From a virus, in IMG/VR virus record IMGVR_UViG_3300000234_000002, positions 1 through 64,000 of that record: a stretch of 64,000 nucleotides of DNA; one strand, 5' to 3'. The translations under genes were made by a program, and so were the position numbers. Shown one piece after another: positions 29,687 to 39,121 of the stretch (position 1 is the first letter of the stretch; every line of letters begins with the position of its first letter). The notes under the pieces are model-generated. The model saw only the letters and a list, made by a program, of their open reading frames with translations, was not told the DNA's origin and made no database searches.

Positions 29687-31444
29687 TTACATAGTTTTCA
29701 GCCATCTGACTTTTTTAAGATTTTCTTCGACTCGAACTAAACCCGCGTCCTTATAAAAATCATTCTCTGACATGTGGGAATTTTTTGCCATATCCCAAAC
29801 TGTTTTCTTATTTATTATTCTATTATTTTCAACATCTAAATAGTGATATGATGGCGGAGATTCACCAAGTTTAGTCCAATTCGAAGCTAAATATATGGTG
29901 CCGTTATCACCAACATTAGGATCCGAATAACTAACCACAGCTTTGATTTCTTTATTATTTATTTTCAAAAGCTTCAAAAATTTTCTTAAGGAAAAGCTGC
30001 TCAAATTCTTCAGATGATAGCTTGGATGAACACAAAATCTTCTAAGTTCTCTTATATCTTTCGGACCGAATTTGGACCCGGTTTTATCATTAATACTTTT
30101 TATTGTTTGATTTCTACCAACTCCGCTGAAAGCAGATAAAACAACAAGTTTCCCATCAAGATATCCACCATAACATGTAACAACTGAACCTAAATTCCCA
30201 AGATAATGGTATAAAGAAAGGAATTCGTGGGCTTCATGATTTGGGCATTTTTTGAATTCAATATTTTTAAGCTCAAAATCAAAAGACTCGGACTCCTTAT
30301 GATATAATTTATTATCAAGAATTTTGGAGAGCTTGCCTAAGTGGATTTCGTGTTCATAAATCCAAAGAAGTTTGTGATTCGTATTATTCTCAACATAAGA
30401 AGACTTCGACCTATCACGAGGATTACCAAAGTATCCATACTCTTTAAAATTGTGAAAATAATCACCCTGGCACTCTATGAGCAAATTATGATCTGGAAGG
30501 AAAAAGTCAAAAGAGTAAGGACCTATATTATAATTATGATGGTAATTTACTTTATACCTGTTTTCAAGCAAACCCATAACAATTTTTTCAGTAGAAGGAA
30601 TTTTATTACTTGATCCTGGAATCGATAAAGTGCATTTTACTCCATATTTTCTTTCTAAAGTTTTTACAGTTTTTGCTCTTTTACATTCTTTTTTATTGCA
30701 ACACAAATCTTCATATTTTTCAGTATATTTAGAAAAAGATAAGTCAAACTGAGATTTACAATAATCACATAAAGCGCAAACTTTCTTAGCTGTTTTGAAA
30801 TTTAAAGATTCGACATCATACCCGAATTTTTCTAAAGTTTCCTTTGCAAGTAAATTCGGGTTTAACTTTGGTTTTGTTCTCTCAATAAAATCTTTGTGGA
30901 ATTGACTTTTAGATACGGTTTGATCTTTATAAGATGAAGATAAAGCGTCACATTTTTTACAAGCACCATTAACAGAATTCGTTATATTACACATTTTTGT
31001 TTCAAAAGTAGAATCACAAAATTCACATTTAGCTATAACATTTTTCCTAGAAATTGGTTTTATATTTGGATAAGAATACCCATATTTCATGTATGTTAAT
31101 TTATTATCCATATTGCGATATGGTACAGAGTTTAAAAATAAAAAATAGCTTCTCTTAGAATGAGTAATTTCTAAATTTTCATAATCTTCGGAAATATTTG
31201 AACAACTTTGACAATTTTCTTTTAAACAAAACAGGCATTTCTTTTTACTTTTGAAATAAGGAATGTCTAAAAGGTTTGTGGAACCATATTTCTTTATAAG
31301 AGTTTCCTTGTTTCTATTTAGCTTAACAAGATCTTTATCTCTTGATTTCCAAACTTCACAATTCTTAAAATGTCTTTTTAAAGTAGAAGACGAATTCGCC
31401 CCCCAACCACATAAACAATGGTGGGAGGCGAATTTTTCAGTCAC
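29687..31444 (-). CDS. Zn-finger repeats + Vsr/DUF559-like endonuclease + Mom-like GNAT domain (Hef-like homing endonuclease architecture)
   Basis: CxxC repeats; YSFDFF..LLIECQGDYFH..D..K..IYEHE; C-terminal YHYLG..ELRRFC..VVSYSD..GTIYLASNW. Confidence 0.75.
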   Translation of the reverse strand: MTEKFASHHCLCGWGANSSSTLKRHFKNCEVWKSRDKDLVKLNRNKETLIKKYGSTNLLDIPYFKSKKKCLFCLKENCQSCSNISEDYENLEITHSKRSYFLFLNSVPYRNMDNKLTYMKYGYSYPNIKPISRKNVIAKCEFCDSTFETKMCNITNSVNGACKKCDALSSSYKDQTVSKSQFHKDFIERTKPKLNPNLLAKETLEKFGYDVESLNFKTAKKVCALCDYCKSQFDLSFSKYTEKYEDLCCNKKECKRAKTVKTLERKYGVKCTLSIPGSSNKIPSTEKIVMGLLENRYKVNYHHNYNIGPYSFDFFLPDHNLLIECQGDYFHNFKEYGYFGNPRDRSKSSYVENNTNHKLLWIYEHEIHLGKLSKILDNKLYHKESESFDFELKNIEFKKCPNHEAHEFLSLYHYLGNLGSVVTCYGGYLDGKLVVLSAFSGVGRNQTIKSINDKTGSKFGPKDIRELRRFCVHPSYHLKNLSSFSLRKFLKLLKINNKEIKAVVSYSDPNVGDNGTIYLASNWTKLGESPPSYHYLDVENNRIINKKTVWDMAKNSHMSENDFYKDAGLVRVEENLKKVRWLKTM

Positions 31445-31457
31445 TTAAACTTTACAC

Positions 31458-34400
31458 TTAGGATCTAACGCGGACACTCAAAGTGGCCACGATGTATTCA
31501 AGCGGAAAGACCGGGACGTAGATAGCAGATACTCTGAGTATCGTTGGGTCGTTCTCGTCAGAAGCCACCTCAATACCAGCAACGGAAGTAACGATTTGCT
31601 GATCGATCAGAGTGGTGAAAGCGCCACTAATGGCGGTCTCAACGCTCTTGATGAGGTTACCGGTTAACTTCTGTCCGATGTAAGGGTCGAGAACCTGACG
31701 GAGAACCTTCTGTACGTATTGGATGGTAAGGACGACCGAAGGAGTTCTCGTGAGAACCGAGTCAACGTTCGTGGTAAGAGCGTGTCGAACTCTGAGACCA
31801 GCCTGAACCTGCTCAATGATCGTTACGCCGTTAACCGCGATTTGGTTGGCTTCAGTCGGGTCAAGAACTCTTCCGATTCTTCGGAATCCCTGTATGGACC
31901 TTCTGGTAAGAGGGCTGGCGACATCAAAGGTCGGATTACAGGTCGAGGCGGCGTAAGCAGCGGCGGCGTAAGTTCCATCAACGAGTTGATCAACCAAATT
32001 ACCAAGAGAATCCTGGACCGAGATTACGAAAGAGTCAGGGTAAACGACAGTTACGAGTTCCGAGTTCAAAGATCTTGCTATGGACTGAACTCCAAGAGGA
32101 GAAGTTCCGGTAGCAACACCAACAACGCCAGTACGCTCGCCCTCCTGACGAGGAGCGCTCATGAACACACAGTGCTGGTTGAGGTAACCAAACACCTGAG
32201 TATTCGAAGTCAGAGGAATAACGACGTCAGCAGGGGTAGAACCACCAATCTTCTTTTTCTGCTCATCAATTGCAGAGATGTAAGCAGAAACCGGAGCTTG
32301 GCTGCTATTGGCGGATCTAAAGACTTGCTTGAGACCAACAACAACGGCACCGTTCAACTGAGCTATGCGAGCCGCGAGAGAAAGAGGACTATCAGGGGTC
32401 GGGGATCCGAAAGCCTGAATTATCTTCTTCGAGTCTCTGTAGAGCTGAGTCGAGATATCGCTCTTGGCGTAGTCGTAGGAAATGTAGTAAACATCTCCTA
32501 CCTGGGGCTCAATACCAGATCTATCGTAGGTTCTCACCAAGGAAGTCGTTCCAGGATTCATATTGAATGTGTTGTAGACTGTGAGTTCTACACCATTCAC
32601 TGCACGAATCGGAAGCGAAGCATCGGTTACGAAAGTCTGGTTAACTACGAGAGTGAAGCTTCCTCCGCTCGTATAATCACCAGAAGACGCCGGGAGAACC
32701 GTAAATCTCAGGCCCGTGGTCGAATCCGTGTAGGTCTGACCAGGGAATCCAGTTCCGTGAGAACCTAAGAGACCCTGAGAAGAAGCCACAGTGAATCCGG
32801 ACTGAGCATTCTCACCAATATCGCCCGAAGATCCAACAACAATCCCCAAACCAGTGTCTTCAATCAGAGCCGAGTTGGCAACCGAACTGAATGCAACGGT
32901 GGAGCTGTTTCCAGTAGATCTGGAATTGACGGTCAGGTAATTTCCGAGACCCTGGACCGGAACTTGGTAAGCAAAAGCCAAGCTGGAGAAAGAAGAATTT
33001 GCGTTTAACGCGTTAGCGATTTTCTTGGCAGTCGGCTGACTTCTCTGAACCGTGAGACCGGGCTCAAGACCGAGAACCAAATTCGCGTTACCGGAGGTCT
33101 TGATGGTTATCAACGAGTTTACGGTGTTGATTCTGGAGGTAAGAACCAATTTACCGCTATTGATTCCCTGGCCGGTTCTCGCAACGAGTTCGTTGAGGAA
33201 GAAAGCGGAAGGGTTGGTCGTGTCGTTGGTGCCGTGGACGTGGTAGATTCCCTGAATTTCAGCCAAGTGGAGAGGATACTTGGTCTGGAGTTCAGTAGTA
33301 AGAGTTATGAGAGTACCAGAGTTGGTCGCGTTCGCCGAAGTGATGTTGTTGGTTACATCATCAACAACGTGAACACCGGACTGCAGTAAGTGAAGATTGA
33401 AGTCGGCCTTAAGCTCATTCGCGAGAGCAAGGGCGGTAGGACTGTCAACAGCATTGGTGGCTGTGATTATGTTGACAGTATCACTCGTCAAGTGAGCAGA
33501 AGCCAAAACGCGGTGAGCGTTATATTTGGCCTTCAAGTCATTGAGGATTGGGTAGCAGTCAGATTCAATAACCGGCGCCGACGCGGGGGTCAGAGTATTG
33601 GTTGCGTCGTCCTTACCATGAACGCCACGCTGCGTTAAGTGGAGATTGAACGCATCTTTGAGATCATTGGCGAGTCTAACAGCAGTAACCAAATTCGAAG
33701 CGTTAGCAGTTGTTACGACATTCAGAGTGTCGTCGAGCTGATGGATACCAGCTTGACTCAAGTGAAGATTGAACTTGGTCTTTATATCATTTAAGAGCGT
33801 TAGAGAGTCACCAAGCGTAACGGCAACAGGCGCCGATATGGTGTTAACGGCATCTGCTATGACATGGAACACAGTAGAAACTCTGTGAGCTTCATACTTC
33901 GTTCTAAGGTTGTTGGCAAGAGCGATGACATCAGCCGTGTAAGTCGCAACATCGGCAGCCGAAGCATATTCGATGTAGACGTCGTTGATGGAAGTTACGA
34001 CGTCATTAAGCGTTACAGCACTTCCAGACGGAATGGTGGCAGTTACGTCAACACCGTCAACGTTGATTTGGACGGAATCATTGACTCCGGCAGTCACATT
34101 GTACGGCGCCGTCTTGGTCGCGACGTAAGAAGCAACCTGATTTATGGAGTTATAAGAACCCTGAGCGCTTGCGTTCGGAGAAAGACCAATCTTGGTCGAT
34201 CCATCAGTCTGTCCAGATCCAGTCGGAGGAAGAACGAGAACAGAAGAAACGAGACCATTGGTGAACGAAGGAACGCTTCGTCCACGAATCACGATGGCGT
34301 TTTCTGAACCGTAAGAAAGGACCGAGGCCAGAGCGTTGGGAGCGGAAGAAAGGAACGTTCCGGAACCGTCCGCGTGAACCTGAGTGTCGGCATCGACCGC

Positions 34401-36509
34401 AGCGTTTATAGCTGTAGCAACGTCCGAAAGAGTCGTAGCAGCCGAAATGTCGATGGGAGCAAGGGTAATCCCGTCGATCACAAGAAGCAATCTGTCAGTC
34501 GACAATGGAGTAACCGAAGCTACCGGATTACCCAAAAGAAGGGCTCGGAATGCGGTAGAAAGGTTAACAGTTACCGGTGCATTTCCGTCGATTACTACGC
34601 CACCAAAGTTCTGGCTGTAAGCGTAGATGTCGTACGGCTCCTGCTTCCCATTAGAGAAAGAAGCGTGGGTCGCGGGATTCAACGCGTTAGAGAACGTGAC
34701 CGTGACGGTCTCCGAAGTCGGATTTCCGGCTCCAGTGTGGATGACGTCAGGAGCCTGTTCAGAGCCGGAAGGCCACTGAATGGTTTCAGGAAGGCCGGAT
34801 TTGGTTCCGAACTTGGTTCCGTAAAGGTTTACGCCAGTGAGAGCGGAAGCTATCGTGTAAGTTCCGATAGAAGAAGGTCCAGGAGTCACAACGCTGAAAG
34901 TATAGGTATCATCTACTATTCTGTTATACCAGAAAGTAGCGAAAGCCTTATAATCAGCAGGAACCGGGCTCTTCAACGTGACTGTGTTGTTAGTTCCGTC
35001 AACTTCAGTCACAGCTACAGGAGGTCTGGAACTGGCATCTCTCCAGTTCTTACCAACATGAACTATGACAAGATCGGGTCTGTTGGTCGGAAGGTCAATT
35101 CTTCCGTTCGTAACAGTCTGATAAAGGGAGACACCAAGGGGCGTATCTCTACCATTTCCAGTGGTGGGGGTCAGGGGAAGAACGAACTTGCTCGTAGAAA
35201 CCGAGTTCAAAACCGGATCTACGAATCTGGAGCACTCAGAACCATAAACACGATTATCAACAAGCAAACCAACTATTTGGGTGCTGTTGAAAGCGGTATT
35301 TCCAGTCTGAACGCCGGAGGAAACGTTGAAAGTCGCCCCCCACTGAATTCTTGACTGATCACCATCATTGGTAACAACGAAATCTTGACCATTGATATAA
35401 TCACGACGACCCGGACCAATTCCGACGTTCCCAACATTCACAATGTTGGTATTCGGAAGGTAGTCAAAAGTGTCTTGGAAAGTATTGAAATAATAGGTGA
35501 TGTTGACAGTCGAACCGTCAGTCGGAGCGAACGGGAGAGTCACCAAGCTATTAAGACCGTCAACCGACGATGCAATAACAACCTGTCCGTTCACCAAAAC
35601 GCTAACCTTCGTAATGTCAGTCGTTATGATTCCGCCATCGGAACCATCAACAATAGGACCTTGGAAGGTTCTGAAAGACTTGTTGCGGGAAGTGGAAACT
35701 CCGGGATTAAACCCGAAAACGCCGTTGGCATTTCCACTACTTATCGTTATATTCCCGGCAGCGGTCAATCTGACGTGATTCAAGCCGTCAGCATCAACGT
35801 GGATCGAAGCAGTCAAACCGGTGATGTTAGCAGCGTTGACGTCATTAGCAACATCCGCAGCAGGACGGCTCGTACCGGCGGTTAAATTGACAGAGTAGGT
35901 GGTGAGATCGTTCACCACTAAAGTGAGAGTGTCGTTGGTTCCCGATACAACAGAGTAAGGCTCAGCTTTGGGAGCGGTAAGAATAGCAAGGCCAGCGCTT
36001 ATTTGCTGGGAAAGATTGTCAGTTATTCTTACGTCTTTTCGGTGGAAGAAATAATTAACAAGAACAACATCATCTTCATTCGGTGGAACCAAGATGGTCA
36101 CCAAGCCGTTTACGCCGTCGACGGACGAAACTATAACAGACTCGTTATTGACAGTAACAGAAACCTTGGTAACATCGAACGTGGTGAGACCACGACCCGA
36201 ACCGTCCACTATAGGAACGTTTCTTACCTTAAACTGAGTTTTGGAACCATCCTGGTTACCTAAAACAGGGTTTGAAAGAGTTCCACCAGAAACCCATCTA
36301 CCAGTAACGTCCTCACCAAAAATGGGAGTATCAGCTACACTGCTGGAACCTCTCACCATTTCATAGTTGGATTGCGATAAGGTCTCCTTACCGACACCGA
36401 TAAGAACGGGAACTCGAATTCCACCAAGGTTCTGAGCCGCAGAGGGATCAGCAGAAGTAGAAACAGTCACACCAGGAGGAGTGTAGGTGGGGAAGGGACC
36501 AATCGCCAT
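31458..36509 (-). CDS. tail sheath protein, unusually large
   Basis: N-terminal YTPPGV..PVLIG; C-terminal sheath core (SLAARIAQLNGA, PLTRRSI.GF, NGVTII, YIGQK, Y.PVFPLEYI); SD; GC-richer codons. Confidence 0.9.
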   Translation of the reverse strand: MAIGPFPTYTPPGVTVSTSADPSAAQNLGGIRVPVLIGVGKETLSQSNYEMVRGSSSVADTPIFGEDVTGRWVSGGTLSNPVLGNQDGSKTQFKVRNVPIVDGSGRGLTTFDVTKVSVTVNNESVIVSSVDGVNGLVTILVPPNEDDVVLVNYFFHRKDVRITDNLSQQISAGLAILTAPKAEPYSVVSGTNDTLTLVVNDLTTYSVNLTAGTSRPAADVANDVNAANITGLTASIHVDADGLNHVRLTAAGNITISSGNANGVFGFNPGVSTSRNKSFRTFQGPIVDGSDGGIITTDITKVSVLVNGQVVIASSVDGLNSLVTLPFAPTDGSTVNITYYFNTFQDTFDYLPNTNIVNVGNVGIGPGRRDYINGQDFVVTNDGDQSRIQWGATFNVSSGVQTGNTAFNSTQIVGLLVDNRVYGSECSRFVDPVLNSVSTSKFVLPLTPTTGNGRDTPLGVSLYQTVTNGRIDLPTNRPDLVIVHVGKNWRDASSRPPVAVTEVDGTNNTVTLKSPVPADYKAFATFWYNRIVDDTYTFSVVTPGPSSIGTYTIASALTGVNLYGTKFGTKSGLPETIQWPSGSEQAPDVIHTGAGNPTSETVTVTFSNALNPATHASFSNGKQEPYDIYAYSQNFGGVVIDGNAPVTVNLSTAFRALLLGNPVASVTPLSTDRLLLVIDGITLAPIDISAATTLSDVATAINAAVDADTQVHADGSGTFLSSAPNALASVLSYGSENAIVIRGRSVPSFTNGLVSSVLVLPPTGSGQTDGSTKIGLSPNASAQGSYNSINQVASYVATKTAPYNVTAGVNDSVQINVDGVDVTATIPSGSAVTLNDVVTSINDVYIEYASAADVATYTADVIALANNLRTKYEAHRVSTVFHVIADAVNTISAPVAVTLGDSLTLLNDIKTKFNLHLSQAGIHQLDDTLNVVTTANASNLVTAVRLANDLKDAFNLHLTQRGVHGKDDATNTLTPASAPVIESDCYPILNDLKAKYNAHRVLASAHLTSDTVNIITATNAVDSPTALALANELKADFNLHLLQSGVHVVDDVTNNITSANATNSGTLITLTTELQTKYPLHLAEIQGIYHVHGTNDTTNPSAFFLNELVARTGQGINSGKLVLTSRINTVNSLITIKTSGNANLVLGLEPGLTVQRSQPTAKKIANALNANSSFSSLAFAYQVPVQGLGNYLTVNSRSTGNSSTVAFSSVANSALIEDTGLGIVVGSSGDIGENAQSGFTVASSQGLLGSHGTGFPGQTYTDSTTGLRFTVLPASSGDYTSGGSFTLVVNQTFVTDASLPIRAVNGVELTVYNTFNMNPGTTSLVRTYDRSGIEPQVGDVYYISYDYAKSDISTQLYRDSKKIIQAFGSPTPDSPLSLAARIAQLNGAVVVGLKQVFRSANSSQAPVSAYISAIDEQKKKIGGSTPADVVIPLTSNTQVFGYLNQHCVFMSAPRQEGERTGVVGVATGTSPLGVQSIARSLNSELVTVVYPDSFVISVQDSLGNLVDQLVDGTYAAAAYAASTCNPTFDVASPLTRRSIQGFRRIGRVLDPTEANQIAVNGVTIIEQVQAGLRVRHALTTNVDSVLTRTPSVVLTIQYVQKVLRQVLDPYIGQKLTGNLIKSVETAISGAFTTLIDQQIVTSVAGIEVASDENDPTILRVSAIYVPVFPLEYIVATLSVRVRS

Positions 36510-36563
36510 TTGAAATTCTTCCTTTAAAAAGATTTTATGTATTTAGTAAGTATAAAGTATCGG

Positions 36564-36595
36564 TTTTTGGTTTCAGTATTACCTGAAACCAAAAA
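36564..36595 (-). terminator. 13-bp hairpin, probable terminator
   Basis: tttttggtttcag-tattac-ctgaaaccaaaaa. Confidence 0.65.
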
Positions 36596-36626
36596 TTCAT
36601 AAGGAGACTAAAATAAAAAAGAATAG

Positions 36627-37037
36627 CTACTGCTTAGCTTTATTGTATAAATTTATTGCTTTATTCCTAATTTCTAATGTGCTGCTATCGGCCTTCATAA
36701 GTTTGCCGTCAGGTGTCTGACTAAGAGAATTTGTTCCCAAACTCTGTCTTATTTTCGACCTCTCAGCTTTTTGCTGTTGTATCTTCTCCCACTTAGACTT
36801 TGAAGATCTACCAACAGCTTTATCTAAAGAAGGATAGTCAACATCATGGACTCCGCTATTTCCGACGGTCCCACCTTTAAAATTAAAAGAAACCAAACTC
36901 ACCATTTTTCTGGGAGATGAAGACGTGCAAATCGGACAAGGGTGTTCGGTTTTATACTTTTGAACATTTTCAGAACCCATTATTAGTTCTTCAAATAAAT
37001 TTCCACATTCGTGACATTCATACTCATAAACAGGCAT
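36627..37037 (-). CDS. FmdB-family zinc-ribbon protein
   Basis: MPVYEYECHECG..FE..CPIC..RKMVS..F.FKG. Confidence 0.85.
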   Translation of the reverse strand: MPVYEYECHECGNLFEELIMGSENVQKYKTEHPCPICTSSSPRKMVSLVSFNFKGGTVGNSGVHDVDYPSLDKAVGRSSKSKWEKIQQQKAERSKIRQSLGTNSLSQTPDGKLMKADSSTLEIRNKAINLYNKAKQ

Positions 37038-37042
37038 GTAAA

Positions 37043-37048
37043 ACTATA
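37043..37048 (-). promoter_or_regulatory. -10-like box (gTATAGT) 5 nt upstream of ATG 37037
   Basis: tagTATAGTtttacATG. Confidence 0.5.
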
Positions 37049-38257
37049 CTAAATAATTCTCTCAAAAGAAAGGTGTTTACCTATTAAAACTGGCAGAGAC
37101 TGTGAATTGAGTAAATTTGAAGTCTTCACAAGATCCAAATCCAAAGTTCCATCAAGCCATCCTTTTTCATCTTCAGCAGATTTGGATACAAGTTCAGTGC
37201 GACTGACAACAGCCGGGAGGGGAATCCAGGTCTCCCAATCTACGCGAAGAGAAAGTGAAATTGAACTTTCATAAAAATAGCTATCATCAGTTTCATTATA
37301 TACTTCTTCGTTTTCTCCACCAGGAGAAAGGTCTATAAGTTCAATTCCTTCATAACCGAGTGAACTTTGTCTATCCCAAAGTTGATGAATTATGAAGTCG
37401 GAAAACTTCTCTCTATCCTCGGAGTCTCTGGAAAAAGCTATAAGTTCAAGAGAAACTTCAAATTTTCCACCGTATATTCTTGCAACGTCTGTTCTCTCAT
37501 CAGTTATTACTATAATGTGTTTGTCACATATTTCAATTCTATCGCCGAAACATATTACGCATCCGGGAATTGCTGAAATATTGGTGCCTTCATAATCAAA
37601 ATAGTGAGACTTTGTAGTAAAACCTTCGTAGCGATAATCTGCATGGACGCTATATCCAATAGGAACATCTTTGAGGAATAAAATTTCTCCAGTATCATAA
37701 TTTATTGTGTAGTCAGTATTGACTATCAACTGTTTTCTATTATCAAGCCATAATCTAAGAGAACCAGGGTATATCTTATCTCTTGATATTTGACCTTCAG
37801 TGCTAGATGTACTGGTGAAAAATATGACAGGTTCACCATGAACAGTGTAATGGGGAGTTACTGAAAATTCCCCTGGAACTTGTCTAGCTTTGTCCGGTAA
37901 TTTGTCGACGGTTATTATATAACTCCCCGGCTGAGAAGGAAATTTTGTTCTTCTCGGGTCCAATCTCTCAAGCTCATTATTATTTTCTTTAACCCATTCT
38001 ATAGAATAGCTTGGCTTTTGGTCAAAATAAGTTAACATGCAAAATGATGACAGAGTTCCCATATAATTATCGGCTGAAAGACGAACTCTTTCAGCCGAAG
38101 TACCATTTATTATAACACCTCTTTGAGGTCTTTCATCAAAGGAAAATTTATTTTGGACGTTATTTACATCGTTTCTATACTTTGGGTGAGTATAAAGTAC
38201 GCCTTTGATTTCGTTTATTATTTTCTTTTTAGTGGCGTTTGTTAGCCAATTCTTCAC
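37049..38257 (-). CDS. putative tail completion/terminator protein
   Basis: Upstream of sheath; DYTINYDTGEI insert domain; ELIAFSRD..REKFSD. Confidence 0.5.
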   Translation of the reverse strand: MKNWLTNATKKKIINEIKGVLYTHPKYRNDVNNVQNKFSFDERPQRGVIINGTSAERVRLSADNYMGTLSSFCMLTYFDQKPSYSIEWVKENNNELERLDPRRTKFPSQPGSYIITVDKLPDKARQVPGEFSVTPHYTVHGEPVIFFTSTSSTEGQISRDKIYPGSLRLWLDNRKQLIVNTDYTINYDTGEILFLKDVPIGYSVHADYRYEGFTTKSHYFDYEGTNISAIPGCVICFGDRIEICDKHIIVITDERTDVARIYGGKFEVSLELIAFSRDSEDREKFSDFIIHQLWDRQSSLGYEGIELIDLSPGGENEEVYNETDDSYFYESSISLSLRVDWETWIPLPAVVSRTELVSKSAEDEKGWLDGTLDLDLVKTSNLLNSQSLPVLIGKHLSFERII

Positions 38258-38535
38258 GAATTTACGTTACTATAAAAACCTCGACGGATTCTTCCTATTT
38301 TCAAAGCTCCGTTAAGCCAGATTTTATGGTCGGAAATCTTTCTTTTAGTTCTCCTAAAACGAAGGATTTCCTTTATTATCTCTTTTTCTACTTGAATAAG
38401 TTGAGACTTACTAAGAGCTTTCGAATATTTGAAAAGAAGATCTAAAGAATAACTTGTCATATAGGTACTTCTACCAAGAGAGTATCGAATGGTGCTGAGT
38501 ATAAGTACCCAAAGATCTTCATCAAAAACTTCCAT
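38254..38535 (-). CDS. hypothetical protein
   Basis: IRYSLGRSTYM; box gTAATAT 5 nt upstream. Confidence 0.65.
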   Translation of the reverse strand: MEVFDEDLWVLILSTIRYSLGRSTYMTSYSLDLLFKYSKALSKSQLIQVEKEIIKEILRFRRTKRKISDHKIWLNGALKIGRIRRGFYSNVNS

Positions 38536-38684
38536 TCAAGATATTACATTCGTAAATTCAAAACTATTGAAGCGATATATCAAGAAAATGGTGAAAAAGT
38601 AAAGCCAAACCAAAACTCGGCTTCACACTTCATGTTGATAAATGGGTGTAGTATATAAATTTGGGTATAACTTCGGACACTGAA

Positions 38685-38733
38685 ATTTTGCGTGCAACTC
38701 GCCCTGTGGAAAACAGCGAGTTGCACGCAAAAT
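38685..38733. terminator. 18-bp perfect stem downstream of leader gene E
   Basis: attttgcgtgcaactcgc-N13-gcgagttgcacgcaaaat. Confidence 0.7.
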
Positions 38734-38741
38734 GGAGTTAA

Positions 38742-39098
38742 TCACTCACGGGTACTGGGATGACCTAACTCTTCTATCATAGACATAATAATTTCCGTCT
38801 CTTCTTCCTGGTCTATATCCCCATCACTTTCACGAACCCAATCCGCATCTCTACCATCTTTTTCAAGGCTTATTTTATAAGTGTGCTCTTGCCCATCAGG
38901 AGTTTGGCTTGTGACTCTCCACTCTTCCCATCTGGGGTCTTCCTCAGGAAGAACTTCTTTTTTCAATATGGGGGAGTTAGCGATCTTTTTTACAAGACCC
39001 TTTATGGCTGACGCGACCTTCGTCTTATCAGGCGTCTTCGACGCCTCGATAGCGGCAGCAATTTTTCTTAGCTCAGTGGCAACTTGCGAGGGCCTCAT
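38742..39098 (-). CDS. leader-family protein E (78-aa acidic cargo)
   Basis: Start revised to ATG 39098 with GGAG upstream. Confidence 0.8.
   Translation of the reverse strand: MRPSQVATELRKIAAAIEASKTPDKTKVASAIKGLVKKIANSPILKKEVLPEEDPRWEEWRVTSQTPDGQEHTYKISLEKDGRDADWVRESDGDIDQEEETEIIMSMIEELGHPSTRE
38979..39098 (-). repeat. 120-bp leader repeat, copy E
   Basis: Direct sequence match. Confidence 0.97.
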
Positions 39099-39121
39099 GA
39101 AAACTCCGTGATATAAAAAAC

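Noticed and set aside
31719-36263. Long + strand ORFs (349 aa, 326 aa and others) antisense to the sheath, and similar shadows over the tube, tape measure and collagen genes
   Set aside because: They lie fully opposite well-supported genes, have Ser/Arg-rich non-protein-like composition, and are expected from biased codon usage.
18557-38633. CACTTCAT at 18557, 20516 and 38626, each downstream of a leader gene
   Set aside because: Only 8 bp, at inconsistent distances, and not seen after the other copies; compatible with chance.
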